A stretch of 64,000 nucleotides of DNA from Andalucia godoyi And28 (Eukaryota > Protista > Jakobida), in the NCBI GenBank assembly GCA_009859145.1, contig VRVR01000040.1, forward strand, positions 210,770-274,769, given 5' to 3'. The position numbers and the translations under genes were made by a program. The notes below the pieces were generated by a model that ran no database searches, was not told where the DNA came from, and saw only the letters and a program-made list of their open reading frames with translations. Below, one piece after another: positions 19,912-29,745 of this stretch. Position 1 is the first letter of the stretch; every line of letters starts with the position of its first letter.

Positions 19912-21888
19912 CTATGCGCGAACGCGTTTTGCACCTTCATTCTTGAGACCCTCCACATATTCGGGAACTTTCGACGGTCGACTCATAATCAGTGACCAGC
20001 CATACATCAGAGAGATGAAAAGGAACACGAGCCACACAAGACTGTATTGCACAGTGACCGAGAACCCGCCGCCAACAAAGAATGGACCCAGCGATCTCCA
20101 GAGAGACGAGAAGGACTGCGCTGCTCCTTGCGTCAGACCCTGACCATTTGCAGGCGCAGCATTGGTCAAGATCGTGTTGTTCACAGGAAGTGCAAGCATC
20201 AGTCCACACGACAACAACAGCGAATTGGTTCCAAACAAGAAGTAGAACAGAGCAAGACCGCCGGGGCTATCATTCATGTTGCGATACAGAAGCGAGAAAA
20301 TAGGGAAGATGCCGCATGAAAAGAAGAGCATCCACGAGCCGATGCGAAAGCACGCACGAAGTTGAAACTTCCGGAGCAACCACTTAAAGCACGTGATCTG
20401 AAACAGAAAGCCAGAGAGTCCAATGAAGAAAAACACAATTCCAATTTCAAGAGAAGTCATCCCAAGCCCTCCATTTTCCACAGCCAGCGCACAGAACAGC
20501 GTGACAGCCAACAGGATTGCGCCATTTCCCAGCGACACAATGCACTGCAGAAGAAAAACCCGCAGCAATACTGCATCCGCCCAAATAATCTTGACACCAT
20601 GAATGATGGCGCCCAGCATTCCAGCAAAAAAGACGATGACGGCGAAACCTTTTGAATGTTTTGGCTTCCCGTCCATTGGAGAAGACGGACCATCATGAGA
20701 TGCATCCTTGACGAGAGGCTCGTGATCGTCACTTCTGGACTGCGAAGACGAAACAAGGTGTTCCAAATCACCGAGATCGTCAGTGCTCTGATGGGCACTC
20801 ACGGGCTCCGAAATCCCCAGCGAATGCGGAGTGGCAAACGAGCCGTCCAAGTCTCCAGCTGCACGCCTGCCGCGCGACGGCTTGGGCAACATGGATTTGC
20901 TCGTCTCGACTCCATACTGGAATTTCGTCTCCCACCATTTGACGAACCTTGATCTGTACTGGTTTTCAAGAACAATTACCTCGTGTCGATTTCTTTTTGT
21001 CTGCGTTTCTGGTAAAAACGCCAAGCTCAGCAGCAGGATGATGAGCAAGATCACGCCGCACACGAGGCACACCAGGGCGTACGGGTTTCCACCCAGCCAC
21101 CACGGGACGTCTTGGACGGAGCCCAGCATTCCACCCAACGCAGATGAAAACGATCGTCCAAATGCAAACGTGGCTCCGAGATAGGCGAACACAATTGCGC
21201 GGTTCCTGCCCGTGGTGATATCCGACATGGACGCCTTTGCTGCCGTCTGGTTGGCAGAAAGCAGGCCCTCGAGCCCACGCACCAGAATTGCTTGCCACAC
21301 CGAGGTGCAAAATCCAAAAATAATCGTCGCAACCGCAGTCGAAAACATGCTTAGCCGGACGATTCCAACCCGACCCTTGGTGTCTGAAAGGTGGCCGAGA
21401 TAAATGGAAGAGAAAAAGCGTCCGATCAGGTACACCCCAACTATAATGCCCACATACAGGCCTATCTCTGCATCCGACGTCACGCCCATTTGGTGTCGCA
21501 TCATTTCAGGAAGCACTGGCTGAATCGCAGTTCCCGCCAACGCATCTCCAAACACCGTCAAGAACAAGATGAATATTGTAAATTTCGGTGTCTGCAGAAG
21601 AAACCGCTTCTTGTGCTCCGCATCGTCCTTTTCAAAAGGATCAGCATCATTGCTATTACCATCAGCAACTGCATCAGCTCGAGTTTCAGCATCCATGGCA
21701 GCAGACCCAATCGCCACCACCAATGCATCATGCTGATGAGCCGTCTCGGAGTCGTGGACTGCATGCCCATGCTTATCTGCGCCGATCGCCGCAGAATCCG
21801 CCTCTGGATCCGCGGTGCGGCGCACCTGCATTTCAGAACCATGTGGATTTGCCTGCTGTGTTTCAGACGAAAATCGCTGCGACTGCAT
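19912..21888 (-). CDS. Major facilitator superfamily transporter
   Basis: GHLSDTKGRVG motif-A variant, about 12 TM segments and a long central loop. Confidence 0.88.
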   Translation of the reverse strand: MQSQRFSSETQQANPHGSEMQVRRTADPEADSAAIGADKHGHAVHDSETAHQHDALVVAIGSAAMDAETRADAVADGNSNDADPFEKDDAEHKKRFLLQTPKFTIFILFLTVFGDALAGTAIQPVLPEMMRHQMGVTSDAEIGLYVGIIVGVYLIGRFFSSIYLGHLSDTKGRVGIVRLSMFSTAVATIIFGFCTSVWQAILVRGLEGLLSANQTAAKASMSDITTGRNRAIVFAYLGATFAFGRSFSSALGGMLGSVQDVPWWLGGNPYALVCLVCGVILLIILLLSLAFLPETQTKRNRHEVIVLENQYRSRFVKWWETKFQYGVETSKSMLPKPSRGRRAAGDLDGSFATPHSLGISEPVSAHQSTDDLGDLEHLVSSSQSRSDDHEPLVKDASHDGPSSPMDGKPKHSKGFAVIVFFAGMLGAIIHGVKIIWADAVLLRVFLLQCIVSLGNGAILLAVTLFCALAVENGGLGMTSLEIGIVFFFIGLSGFLFQITCFKWLLRKFQLRACFRIGSWMLFFSCGIFPIFSLLYRNMNDSPGGLALFYFLFGTNSLLLSCGLMLALPVNNTILTNAAPANGQGLTQGAAQSFSSLWRSLGPFFVGGGFSVTVQYSLVWLVFLFISLMYGWSLIMSRPSKVPEYVEGLKNEGAKRVRA

Positions 21889-22004
21889 ATTTTTCTATGG
21901 ATTATGGCAGACAGACAGACAGACAGACAGACAGAAACTGAAAAGAGAAGGTAGTTCACAGCTCTCGTTTTTTCAAGTGTTGTCGGGTTGTATATGCTCC
22001 TGCG

Positions 22005-22050
22005 TGAGTATGAGTGTGAGTGTGAGTGTGAGTGTGAGTGTGAGTGTGAG
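22005..22050. repeat. (GAGTGT)n hexanucleotide repeat
   Basis: Direct reading. Confidence 0.9.
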
Positions 22051-22741
22051 CATGAGTGGGCCTGCACGTAAAGAAAAAAAACGAGAGCGAGAACGAGAAT
22101 CGATTGACGAGAAACAGTACGCATCAGTGGTCTTTGAGCTTTCTTGTTTGATGCGAGCGGTGATGATGCACGGTGAAGTCGGACAGGTGGCAAAATGCGG
22201 GAATTAAGCAATACAGGAAAGATTGACAGGGTCGGAAATCGGAGAGAAAGTCCTGGAATGTCCGCCTTCTTCTTTTTGTTTATGTTTACGGTTGACGATG
22301 GAGATGGTGAGGAGGAAGGGCAGGAAGAAGAAGATCGTCAGACGGGAAACTTGCTGAGCAGGTTGAGGAAGAAATCACGGAGATGCGGTCGATTTGCGTT
22401 CGGACTGCGCTTTCAAGTCAGAGAACAAGAAGGAGCAGCGATGTGCAACGCCGCCGACCACATTCTGTTTCCTCCAACGTTCATTTTTGTATATTGAATG
22501 TTGAATCGATCTCCAAAAAATAAATATATAAATAAATAAATAAAGAAGAAAAAAAAACATGCGGCTGGGATCTGTCTTCAGTGACAGCTCAGCCGATGAT
22601 CAATAAACGATTCATGTTTTGGCGAGAAAGTAGTTTACAAATGTGCGCAACGTAAATCGTGTTTTTCTTTTCTTCCTTCCCCGCTGCCTCCCTCGCAGCT
22701 TACCGGCAAACCCGTTTCCAGTAGGAAACCGGGAGCTTTCC

Positions 22742-24079
22742 CTAACCAGTATACGTGAAGCCATCCTCAAAGTCGATCTGGAAGATCTGGTTGAAGATGG
22801 AGACGATCTGCGGGTTCGTGACCGCCAACGTAATGTCGCGATTGGCCTTTCTCCAGGTGTTCGGGTTGCTCGCAAATGTCGTGAACGTCATTGATCCGGA
22901 CGGATAGTCTGTCGGCGACCAGTTTCCGGACGACAAGAACACGGTGGTTCCGTCCACAATCCAGAACTTCTCATGGTTGAAGCGGAGACATTTGGGATCG
23001 GTTTTCTTGAATGAGATTCCGGCAGCATAGAGCTTCTTGTAACATTGCTGGGTCGTCTCGTAGTCATCCTGATCAAAGATGTGGTCCGAGACAATCATGT
23101 TGATGTGAATGCCACTCTGGTGCATGTCAATGAGCTTGCTGCACATATCATCGTCGTTGATCTGGTACATCGAGATTGTGATGGATCCCTTTGTGGAGTT
23201 CAGGCCGTACATCAGAGAGTCCAGCGCAGAGTCCGGGGATGCAAACGAAACAACATCAAAGGTGCCAGTGATGGGCTCCGAGAGCGACTTCCCAACATTA
23301 CAAGAGAATGTCTTCGTTGACGGGATATCCGGGTTGAGGTACGACTCGTCTGCAATCGTCTTCATGTCGTCAGCAGAGTACGTCTGTCCGGGCACGAGAT
23401 CCGTCGCCTGGTCCCAGTCCAGCTCGACGATCGACATCAAGTAGTTCGTCCACTGCGGAGAGTCTTCGATGATCATTCCAGCTTCGCGGTTGGACATGAA
23501 CGACGTGTAGGAAAAGTTCACAGACGACACAGACACCCGCGCATCCGAGCCTCCGTTGTTGTCGGTCGCAATAAACTTGAGATGGATAAACGTAACCGTA
23601 GTGAAATAGCGCACCTTTGCTCCGGCAAGCTGCAAGAACGTCAGGGGATCAATCATTCCGGGGCACGCCGGCTGTTCATAGTTGTTCGTAAGGATCCGAA
23701 CGTTCACTCCTCGGTGAACTGCATTAAGCAATGCACGGAAGATGGGGAACTCTTCTCCGTTGCGCGCATAGGTGATGTTGCATCCTACGCACTTCTGAGT
23801 GGACCAGTCGGTGCATCCAGACCACGATGAGAATCCAGGCGTTGCAACCACGACCCATTTCTTTGCATTTTCAACCATGTTTGTCAGCGTACCGATCGTG
23901 TCCGTTGGCGAGAAAATCGGAGTCACAGTCGCAGAGACACCACTCGCGCGAAAAACCGGAATCGAGGCCGTATACGGCGATGTTTGGTGATCAAAGGACG
24001 GATCCGAAGGCGGCGTCTGCGCACGGATGGCCAGAACAAGCACAAACAACAGTGCACACAAGTAGAATGCGCGGGGCAT
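22742..24079 (-). CDS. Secreted/lysosomal phospholipase D-family protein
   Basis: Signal peptide MPRAFYLCALL and two HKD motifs (IHLKFIATD...SSVNFS; NHEKFWIVDG...SSGNWS). Confidence 0.88.
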   Translation of the reverse strand: MPRAFYLCALLFVLVLAIRAQTPPSDPSFDHQTSPYTASIPVFRASGVSATVTPIFSPTDTIGTLTNMVENAKKWVVVATPGFSSWSGCTDWSTQKCVGCNITYARNGEEFPIFRALLNAVHRGVNVRILTNNYEQPACPGMIDPLTFLQLAGAKVRYFTTVTFIHLKFIATDNNGGSDARVSVSSVNFSYTSFMSNREAGMIIEDSPQWTNYLMSIVELDWDQATDLVPGQTYSADDMKTIADESYLNPDIPSTKTFSCNVGKSLSEPITGTFDVVSFASPDSALDSLMYGLNSTKGSITISMYQINDDDMCSKLIDMHQSGIHINMIVSDHIFDQDDYETTQQCYKKLYAAGISFKKTDPKCLRFNHEKFWIVDGTTVFLSSGNWSPTDYPSGSMTFTTFASNPNTWRKANRDITLAVTNPQIVSIFNQIFQIDFEDGFTYTG

Positions 24080-24393
24080 TTTTTCCGTCTCCTTCCTGAC
24101 TACTTGCAATAATAATGTCTCATGGAATGAATGAGGAGAATTTATACACCAAAAAAATCAACAACGCATGTGAAAGCTCTAAAATAGGCGAAGGAAATCT
24201 CGTCGGATTTGGAAATCAATCGAACAACTGACAGTTGCCTCTTTTTCCTTCTACAGTCGCGGAGGACGGCATTAAAAAATAATAACAACAACAACCATAA
24301 ATGAAAGGAATCGTGAGAGAAGAGGCATTGAGGGGAGAGAGTCGCGGCGAAAGACGAGATTGGAGAAAGGAAAACTGGAAGAGAATAATTTAC

Positions 24394-24397
<4 letters not shown>

Positions 24398-24455
<58 letters not shown>
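24398..24455. repeat. Compound (AC)n(AG)n microsatellite
   Basis: Direct reading. Confidence 0.9.
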
Positions 24456-24477
24456 GCAGTTGCATATACAAAACAGG

Positions 24478-24921
24478 TCATTGCCGTGGTTCAGAGGCTC
24501 CAAACAAGCGAGAGACAAGACTGGCAGCCTTCTTCGACAGTCTCTGTGCGTTTGTCCAAGTTTTGTAGTAGTTTTCTTTATCGACGAGCATTGAACAAGT
24601 TCGTTTCATCCCGCTGAGCTGCTTTTTTAAAGATGCATGAAACTTGGCTTTGAACGCCTCCAGCGATTCCTGTAGGGTGGGAGGCGGGGACGGAGAAGAA
24701 GCGGTGGGGACCGCAGGGTTTGGTGAAACTTCCTGAGAATTTGCTGCAGTGCTAGAGCGACCCGGGTGCTGCGCAGCAGCTGTCGGCGCGAGATTGAACT
24801 TTTCGACAAGAACCTTGAGTCCCCGGCAGTCAACCACCGTAGCCCCCTTTGGACCTTCCGAAACCTTTGTTACGCCAATGCAGTAGCTCGTTGATTGTGG
24901 CTGCGACTTTGGAACAGACAT
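24478..24921 (-). CDS. Hypothetical protein (147 aa)
   Basis: ATG-initiated ORF with coding-like composition between AT-rich spacers; no recognised motif. Confidence 0.5.
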   Translation of the reverse strand: MSVPKSQPQSTSYCIGVTKVSEGPKGATVVDCRGLKVLVEKFNLAPTAAAQHPGRSSTAANSQEVSPNPAVPTASSPSPPPTLQESLEAFKAKFHASLKKQLSGMKRTCSMLVDKENYYKTWTNAQRLSKKAASLVSRLFGASEPRQ

Positions 24922-25233
24922 ACAGGGTATACACTTATGTGGATTTTTCTACTTCTTTTTTAGTATTCTCGTGTCATTGATTGGCTGATCATCCGAGAAA
25001 AAGAGAGAAAGATAAGGAGAAGGAGAAGGAGAAGAGAGAGAGAAGAAACAAAATGAAAAGTACAGTACTGCACTGTTTAAAACCTGGGATTTGAGAAGCA
25101 AATCCAAGCATCAACTCGATGCTAAGCGGGGCGCTTTGTGCAAAAGATTCGACGCGTTTTCCAAGATGCAAAGGCGCACTCTTCTTCCTTTTCCCGGTTT
25201 TATTGCACTTATTTTACGTTTGGCTTGTGAGTG

Positions 25234-26336
25234 ATGAAGGGTGTTGGTGTAATGCATGTTGGAGCGCTGCTGCTGGCGTTGTTTGTCGCGTGTTGTACGT
25301 GCTCAGACGTCCCGACATATGCGCTCATCATCTCCACTTCAAAGTACTGGAACAACTATCGGCACTCTGCAAATGCACTTCGATTTTACAGTATGCATTC
25401 TTCGCTGTTTCGACCCGCCCATCTTCTTTCGCTCTCTTCCAAACACTTATTGGTTTTCGCTCTTCTTCTTCCTCTTTTTTCTTTCTTTTTTCTTTGATAG
25501 AGCTGCTTAGAGAAAGAGGCATTCCAGATTCAAAGATCGTCTTGATGCTTTCGGATTGCCCAGCTTGCAATTCTCGCAATCCGTTTCCTGGACGCGTGTA
25601 TCCTTCCGAGCCCCTTGTTTCCAATTCCAAGGCGTCTCGAGAGGCTGCAGCGGATGTGCCTCCTTCTGGCGCGCAGTCGTTCTACACAAAAAACACAGAA
25701 ATTGACTATCAGGGATTTGAGGTGACTCGGTCTTCGATCCTCACGCACCTGTTTGGGACGTACGGTGCGAGCGTTCCTCCGAGCAAAACACTGGATTTCC
25801 ACTTGAAGAATGACTCGAGTTCTGCGTTCAATCTCGTTATATTCATGACTGGGCATTCCGGAGTGGGATTTGCAAAGCTGCAGGATCACGAGGAAGTCGT
25901 GGACGCCGACTGGGCAGCAGGCATCCACAGCGTTCTTTCGCGATTCCGCAATTCGTATGTGCTATTTATTGCAGATACGTGCCGTGCTGCATCGCTTTTT
26001 ACGAGCATTGAGCTGGAAAATGAGCTGTTTCGCGGGCGCGTCGGCGGTGTAGGGTCATCGGATCTTGTGGGGAACTCGTATGGGTTTCTGTCCAGTTCGA
26101 CCATTGGACAATCCACAATTGATGGATTCTCTGCGAACTTGCGCCTGGACTGGTCCTGGGCCCAGAATGTGAATCACATGAATCGAGTCGGCATCGGATC
26201 AGCTGTCACTTCTGTTGGAACGGTCAAGGAGTGGAGCCAGCTGCTGCCTCTTCACCCGCCGGGCGAAAAGCCATCCGTTGTGCTCGAGTCGGAGAGAGCC
26301 GCTGCATTGCTGAGATGGATCTCCTCACTCACATAA
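25234..26336 (+). CDS. GPI8: GPI transamidase catalytic subunit GPI8/PIG-K (peptidase C13); exons 25234..25390 and 25501..26336
   Basis: ALIISTSKYWNNYRHSANAL. Removing the GTATGC...ATAG intron 25391-25500 joins to RGIPDSKIVLML..CNSRNPFPG. Catalytic MTGHSG and ADTCRA are present. Confidence 0.88.
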
Positions 26337-26594
26337 TGAGCAGGAGAGCAATTGCTGCTCCTCCTTCTTTTCCTCTCCTCCTTTCCATTTGTGCCCGTGG
26401 CTTCCATTGCTCCGCTTTCCGGCACGCCCGGCACAACGTTTCTTTTATTTTCTTTATTTTATTTTCTTCTTCTTCTTCTTCTTCTTGTTCTTCTTCTTCT
26501 TCAAAGTCTTGCGTCGACGACATGCTCGAAGCTGCGTTTGTTCCTGCTGATGCGGATGCAAATGCCCGTTAGGTATCGTTAGCTATTTTCAAAT

Positions 26595-26674
26595 GTATTG
26601 CACAAAGTATTGCACAAAGTATTGCACAAAGTATTGCACAAAGTATTGCACAAAGTATTGCACAAAGTATTGCA
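26595..26674. repeat. 12-bp tandem repeat (GTATTGCACAAA) x6 plus partial unit
   Basis: Six perfect units in intergenic DNA. Confidence 0.95.
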
Positions 26675-27051
26675 TCACACAACAGCCCATGGCTCATCAT
26701 CGCCCTCCTGCTTATGTCACAAATAAATTCCCCCTCTCTCTTGTTTTCCTTTTGCGTATGCACAGCAGCTGTACGTTGCATTGACGTCCGTCTCCCTTCC
26801 AAAACATTTGCTCCGTCATTGCTGTTTTATTGCCGACGCTTGGACGAGTTCGAAGTTGGTCAAGGAAAAAAAAAATCCTTCAAGTTGCTCATCGAATTTC
26901 TTTTTGCCTCTTCTTTCTAATTCTATTACGATTTCCTTTCTTTATTTCTCTTTTCGTCTGTCGCCTTTCGACTTTTTCCCCCCTTTATTCCGCGTCCACC
27001 GCTTCTTTTTGGGATATATATTTCTTTGGTGCATAGCATACAGAACCGAGA

Positions 27052-27684
27052 ATGTCTGTAACTGAATACGTAGTGAACCAGGGTCTGCTCGACAAGCTTC
27101 TTGCCAATGGCGGCCTTGAAGGGATTTCGAAGGACATGCTTGAGCAGCACTTTGCGCTGTACAAGGGATATGTGACGAACCTGAATGCGCTTCGCAAGGA
27201 GCTTGCAGAGGCGCGTTCGACAGACCCTGCGACCAAGTCCGACCGCCGCCGCCGTCTTGGATTTGAGATGAATGGAGTCGTTCTGCACGAGCTCTACTTT
27301 GCAAACATGACGCCGAAAGGCGCCGCAAAGCCTGCATCAGACGCGGTCAAGAGCGCGATTGCCGCTGCATTTGGATCGTTTGAGGCGTGGGAGAAGGAGT
27401 TCCGCGCAACGGGTGCGACTCGCTCCATTGGATGGGCCGTGTTGTACTACGACCCGTCGACTGGGCAGTTCAACAACCACTTTGTGCAGCTGCACGAAGA
27501 CGGAAACGTTGCAGGATGCCAGCCGCTCGTCGTCATGGACGTCTGGGAGCATGCGTACATCCTCGACTATGGCGCGACTGGAAGACCCAAGTACATCGAT
27601 TCGTTCTTCAAGAATGTCGACTGGGAGGTGGTGGAGCGCAGATTCCAGGCTGCAACGCGTGGCGAGATTATCAAGAGAAACTGA
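27052..27684 (+). CDS. Fe/Mn superoxide dismutase, divergent prokaryote-like type
   Basis: QHFALYKGYV, NGVVLHELYF and DVWEHAY supply the H, H, D, H metal ligands. Confidence 0.88.
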   Translation: MSVTEYVVNQGLLDKLLANGGLEGISKDMLEQHFALYKGYVTNLNALRKELAEARSTDPATKSDRRRRLGFEMNGVVLHELYFANMTPKGAAKPASDAVKSAIAAAFGSFEAWEKEFRATGATRSIGWAVLYYDPSTGQFNNHFVQLHEDGNVAGCQPLVVMDVWEHAYILDYGATGRPKYIDSFFKNVDWEVVERRFQAATRGEIIKRN

Positions 27685-27855
27685 GTGAGTGCATTCTTCC
27701 CTCACTGCTGCCGCCTCTGGACACGGACCTCGTGGATTCGTTAAAATTAAAAACAACATTCATAATGCATGTTAAAAAAATAAAAGATGGCAGCCTAATC
27801 ACGCATCGGCAGAAAATCATTACTCAAATTTACGTATGCAATAATTGGATGTTGA

Positions 27856-29745
27856 TTAATCGTCGGCTGCGATGTTTTCCGCGGCGAGCTGTGCCTGTGG
27901 ATCCGCTGGATTGTGCTGAATGGTTGCCATTGCAACCAGCTCGTGCGCCAAGACTCTGACACACTCTGAAAAGGTGATTTTGGAATGGCCCCATGGATCG
28001 GCAGCCACAACAACCGCCTCAATCTGCGCTGGGGAGCGGTCAAGAGATCCTGCAACGTCCCTGCAGTTCCTCACGAGTCTTCGAAGTTCGTCACGCGAAA
28101 CAACTCCGTCCTGGTCCTGATCGGCCTCTCGCCACAGCATCACGAACCGACGAAGGAACCGCTCGTGCCCGCGCATCTGGAATTCCAGAAGCACGCGCAC
28201 AAGATCGGCATATCTCACCTTGTTCTTTCCGCTGGCTCCGGCACTTACATGGCCGTTGGAAGACGGCGAGATGAGGAACGGACGGACGGCCATCATGATG
28301 CCGACCACGTCATCCTGGTTGTACATGTACCGTACAACATCCACCCACTCGTCTTCGGCAAGCACGCCGCCCACACGTTTTTCCACAAGGTGCGAGATCT
28401 CATCATCTCGCTTGAGCGGATGCTTGCCTTGCAAGTGCACTCGCACAAGTTCCTTGACTGTGGCTTTCAACTGCGTTTGCACATGGCGGAATTCGTCATC
28501 AATCTCGCAACGAAGGATCTTGCGGAAGACTGCAACATCGGGATCGTCGGCAGAGAACCGTGCGACCGCGGCCGCAAGCGCCGATGCGTGCTCTGCAACG
28601 ATGGGGCGGAGCCCATATCGCGTTGACAGAAACGACGCAACATGCTGCTCCATCGTCTCGAGCGGTAAGTGCATGGAAATTGCCTTCTGGTCCGCCTTTG
28701 CTTTTGATGCATAGATTTCGTCCATCAGTTCGTGCAACTGGCGCAGCGAAAGTGCCTTTCCGCTTCCGCCGTATACAGGCGTCGTCGTCGTCGACCCGGG
28801 GTTGGAGCTGGCGTTTCCAGAATTGTGTGCACTCATGGGCCGTCGCAGCGGGCTTCCCATCGCATTTCCTCCAGAACCTGCAGCTGCTGTCGGGCCCGAC
28901 CCCGCCCCCGCAGCCGAGGCGGACGAGGAATAAGAGTGGCCAGAGACGGGTGACGAAGATGCGAGTGTGACTTGCTTCAGTCGAGCAAGCAGTCTCTGGT
29001 TCTCCGCTCGAAGTGAGGCGTTTTCTTCCAGAGCTGCACGCTTCTCTGCTTCATGACGGGTCTCCATTTCCGCTCGTGAATTGGCAAACAGAGCAGTTTC
29101 TTTTTCCAACGTCTCTGCAGCCTCGAGAAGCTCTGCTGTTTCCTTTTCTGCGCGCAGCAATTCCGACTGCAACGCATGGATTCTCGATGCATATGCGCCT
29201 CGGACATCGCTCAGCAGTTGAAGGACCTCTGCATTCGCAACGCTCCCTCCAGACGCCCGAATGGAAGCTTCCTTCTGCTCCAAAAATGGATCTGCATTCA
29301 TCGACGCCGCCTTGCCCGCCGACGAGGACGAGGACGAGGACGAGGAACTTGCCTGCGCAAGCGGCTTTCCATTAATGGAGCGCAGGTTGGGACACAGTAG
29401 CAGCGCTTCTTGGATGTTCGCTTGGTTGTCAATCCACAGAGACTGCAGCCGCGGCAAGTGCGACAGGTTTGAGATATCCGATAGTGCGTCGTTCGACCGA
29501 AGATCTAGCGAATGCAAGAGAGGGTACACATTGTGGATCGCTGGCACAGAGCGCAAGTCACAGTGCTGCATCGACAGGATCTTGATTCCAGGAAGCTGAG
29601 ACAAGAGCGACGGGTGTCCATGGGAAACCGCGAACAGAGACGCCGGAATCGAACGGTGGTCAAGAGAAAGCGACAGCGCAGAAGAGTTCGTTGCCGCAAG
29701 ATGCGAAATGTGGCGACTTAGCGCATCCTGATTGCTGCTTGACAT
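27856..29745 (-). CDS. LRR + coiled-coil + conserved helical domain + EF-hand-like protein
   Basis: LRR units (IKILSMQHCDL, LHSLDLRSN, LQSLWIDN), coiled coil, ETMEQH...YGL...ILRCEIDDEF region and a DQDQDGVVSRDE EF-hand. Confidence 0.75.
   Translation of the reverse strand: MSSSNQDALSRHISHLAATNSSALSLSLDHRSIPASLFAVSHGHPSLLSQLPGIKILSMQHCDLRSVPAIHNVYPLLHSLDLRSNDALSDISNLSHLPRLQSLWIDNQANIQEALLLCPNLRSINGKPLAQASSSSSSSSSSAGKAASMNADPFLEQKEASIRASGGSVANAEVLQLLSDVRGAYASRIHALQSELLRAEKETAELLEAAETLEKETALFANSRAEMETRHEAEKRAALEENASLRAENQRLLARLKQVTLASSSPVSGHSYSSSASAAGAGSGPTAAAGSGGNAMGSPLRRPMSAHNSGNASSNPGSTTTTPVYGGSGKALSLRQLHELMDEIYASKAKADQKAISMHLPLETMEQHVASFLSTRYGLRPIVAEHASALAAAVARFSADDPDVAVFRKILRCEIDDEFRHVQTQLKATVKELVRVHLQGKHPLKRDDEISHLVEKRVGGVLAEDEWVDVVRYMYNQDDVVGIMMAVRPFLISPSSNGHVSAGASGKNKVRYADLVRVLLEFQMRGHERFLRRFVMLWREADQDQDGVVSRDELRRLVRNCRDVAGSLDRSPAQIEAVVVAADPWGHSKITFSECVRVLAHELVAMATIQHNPADPQAQLAAENIAADD

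Noticed and set aside
22225-22255. SRP-RNA helix-8-like word (CAGGGTCGGAAATCGGAGAG)
   Set aside because: The match is imperfect, no surrounding SRP structure is present, and it lies in the MFS gene's upstream region.
26595-26674. CRISPR-like array
   Set aside because: The repeats are contiguous 12-mers with no spacers, in a eukaryotic context with no cas genes.
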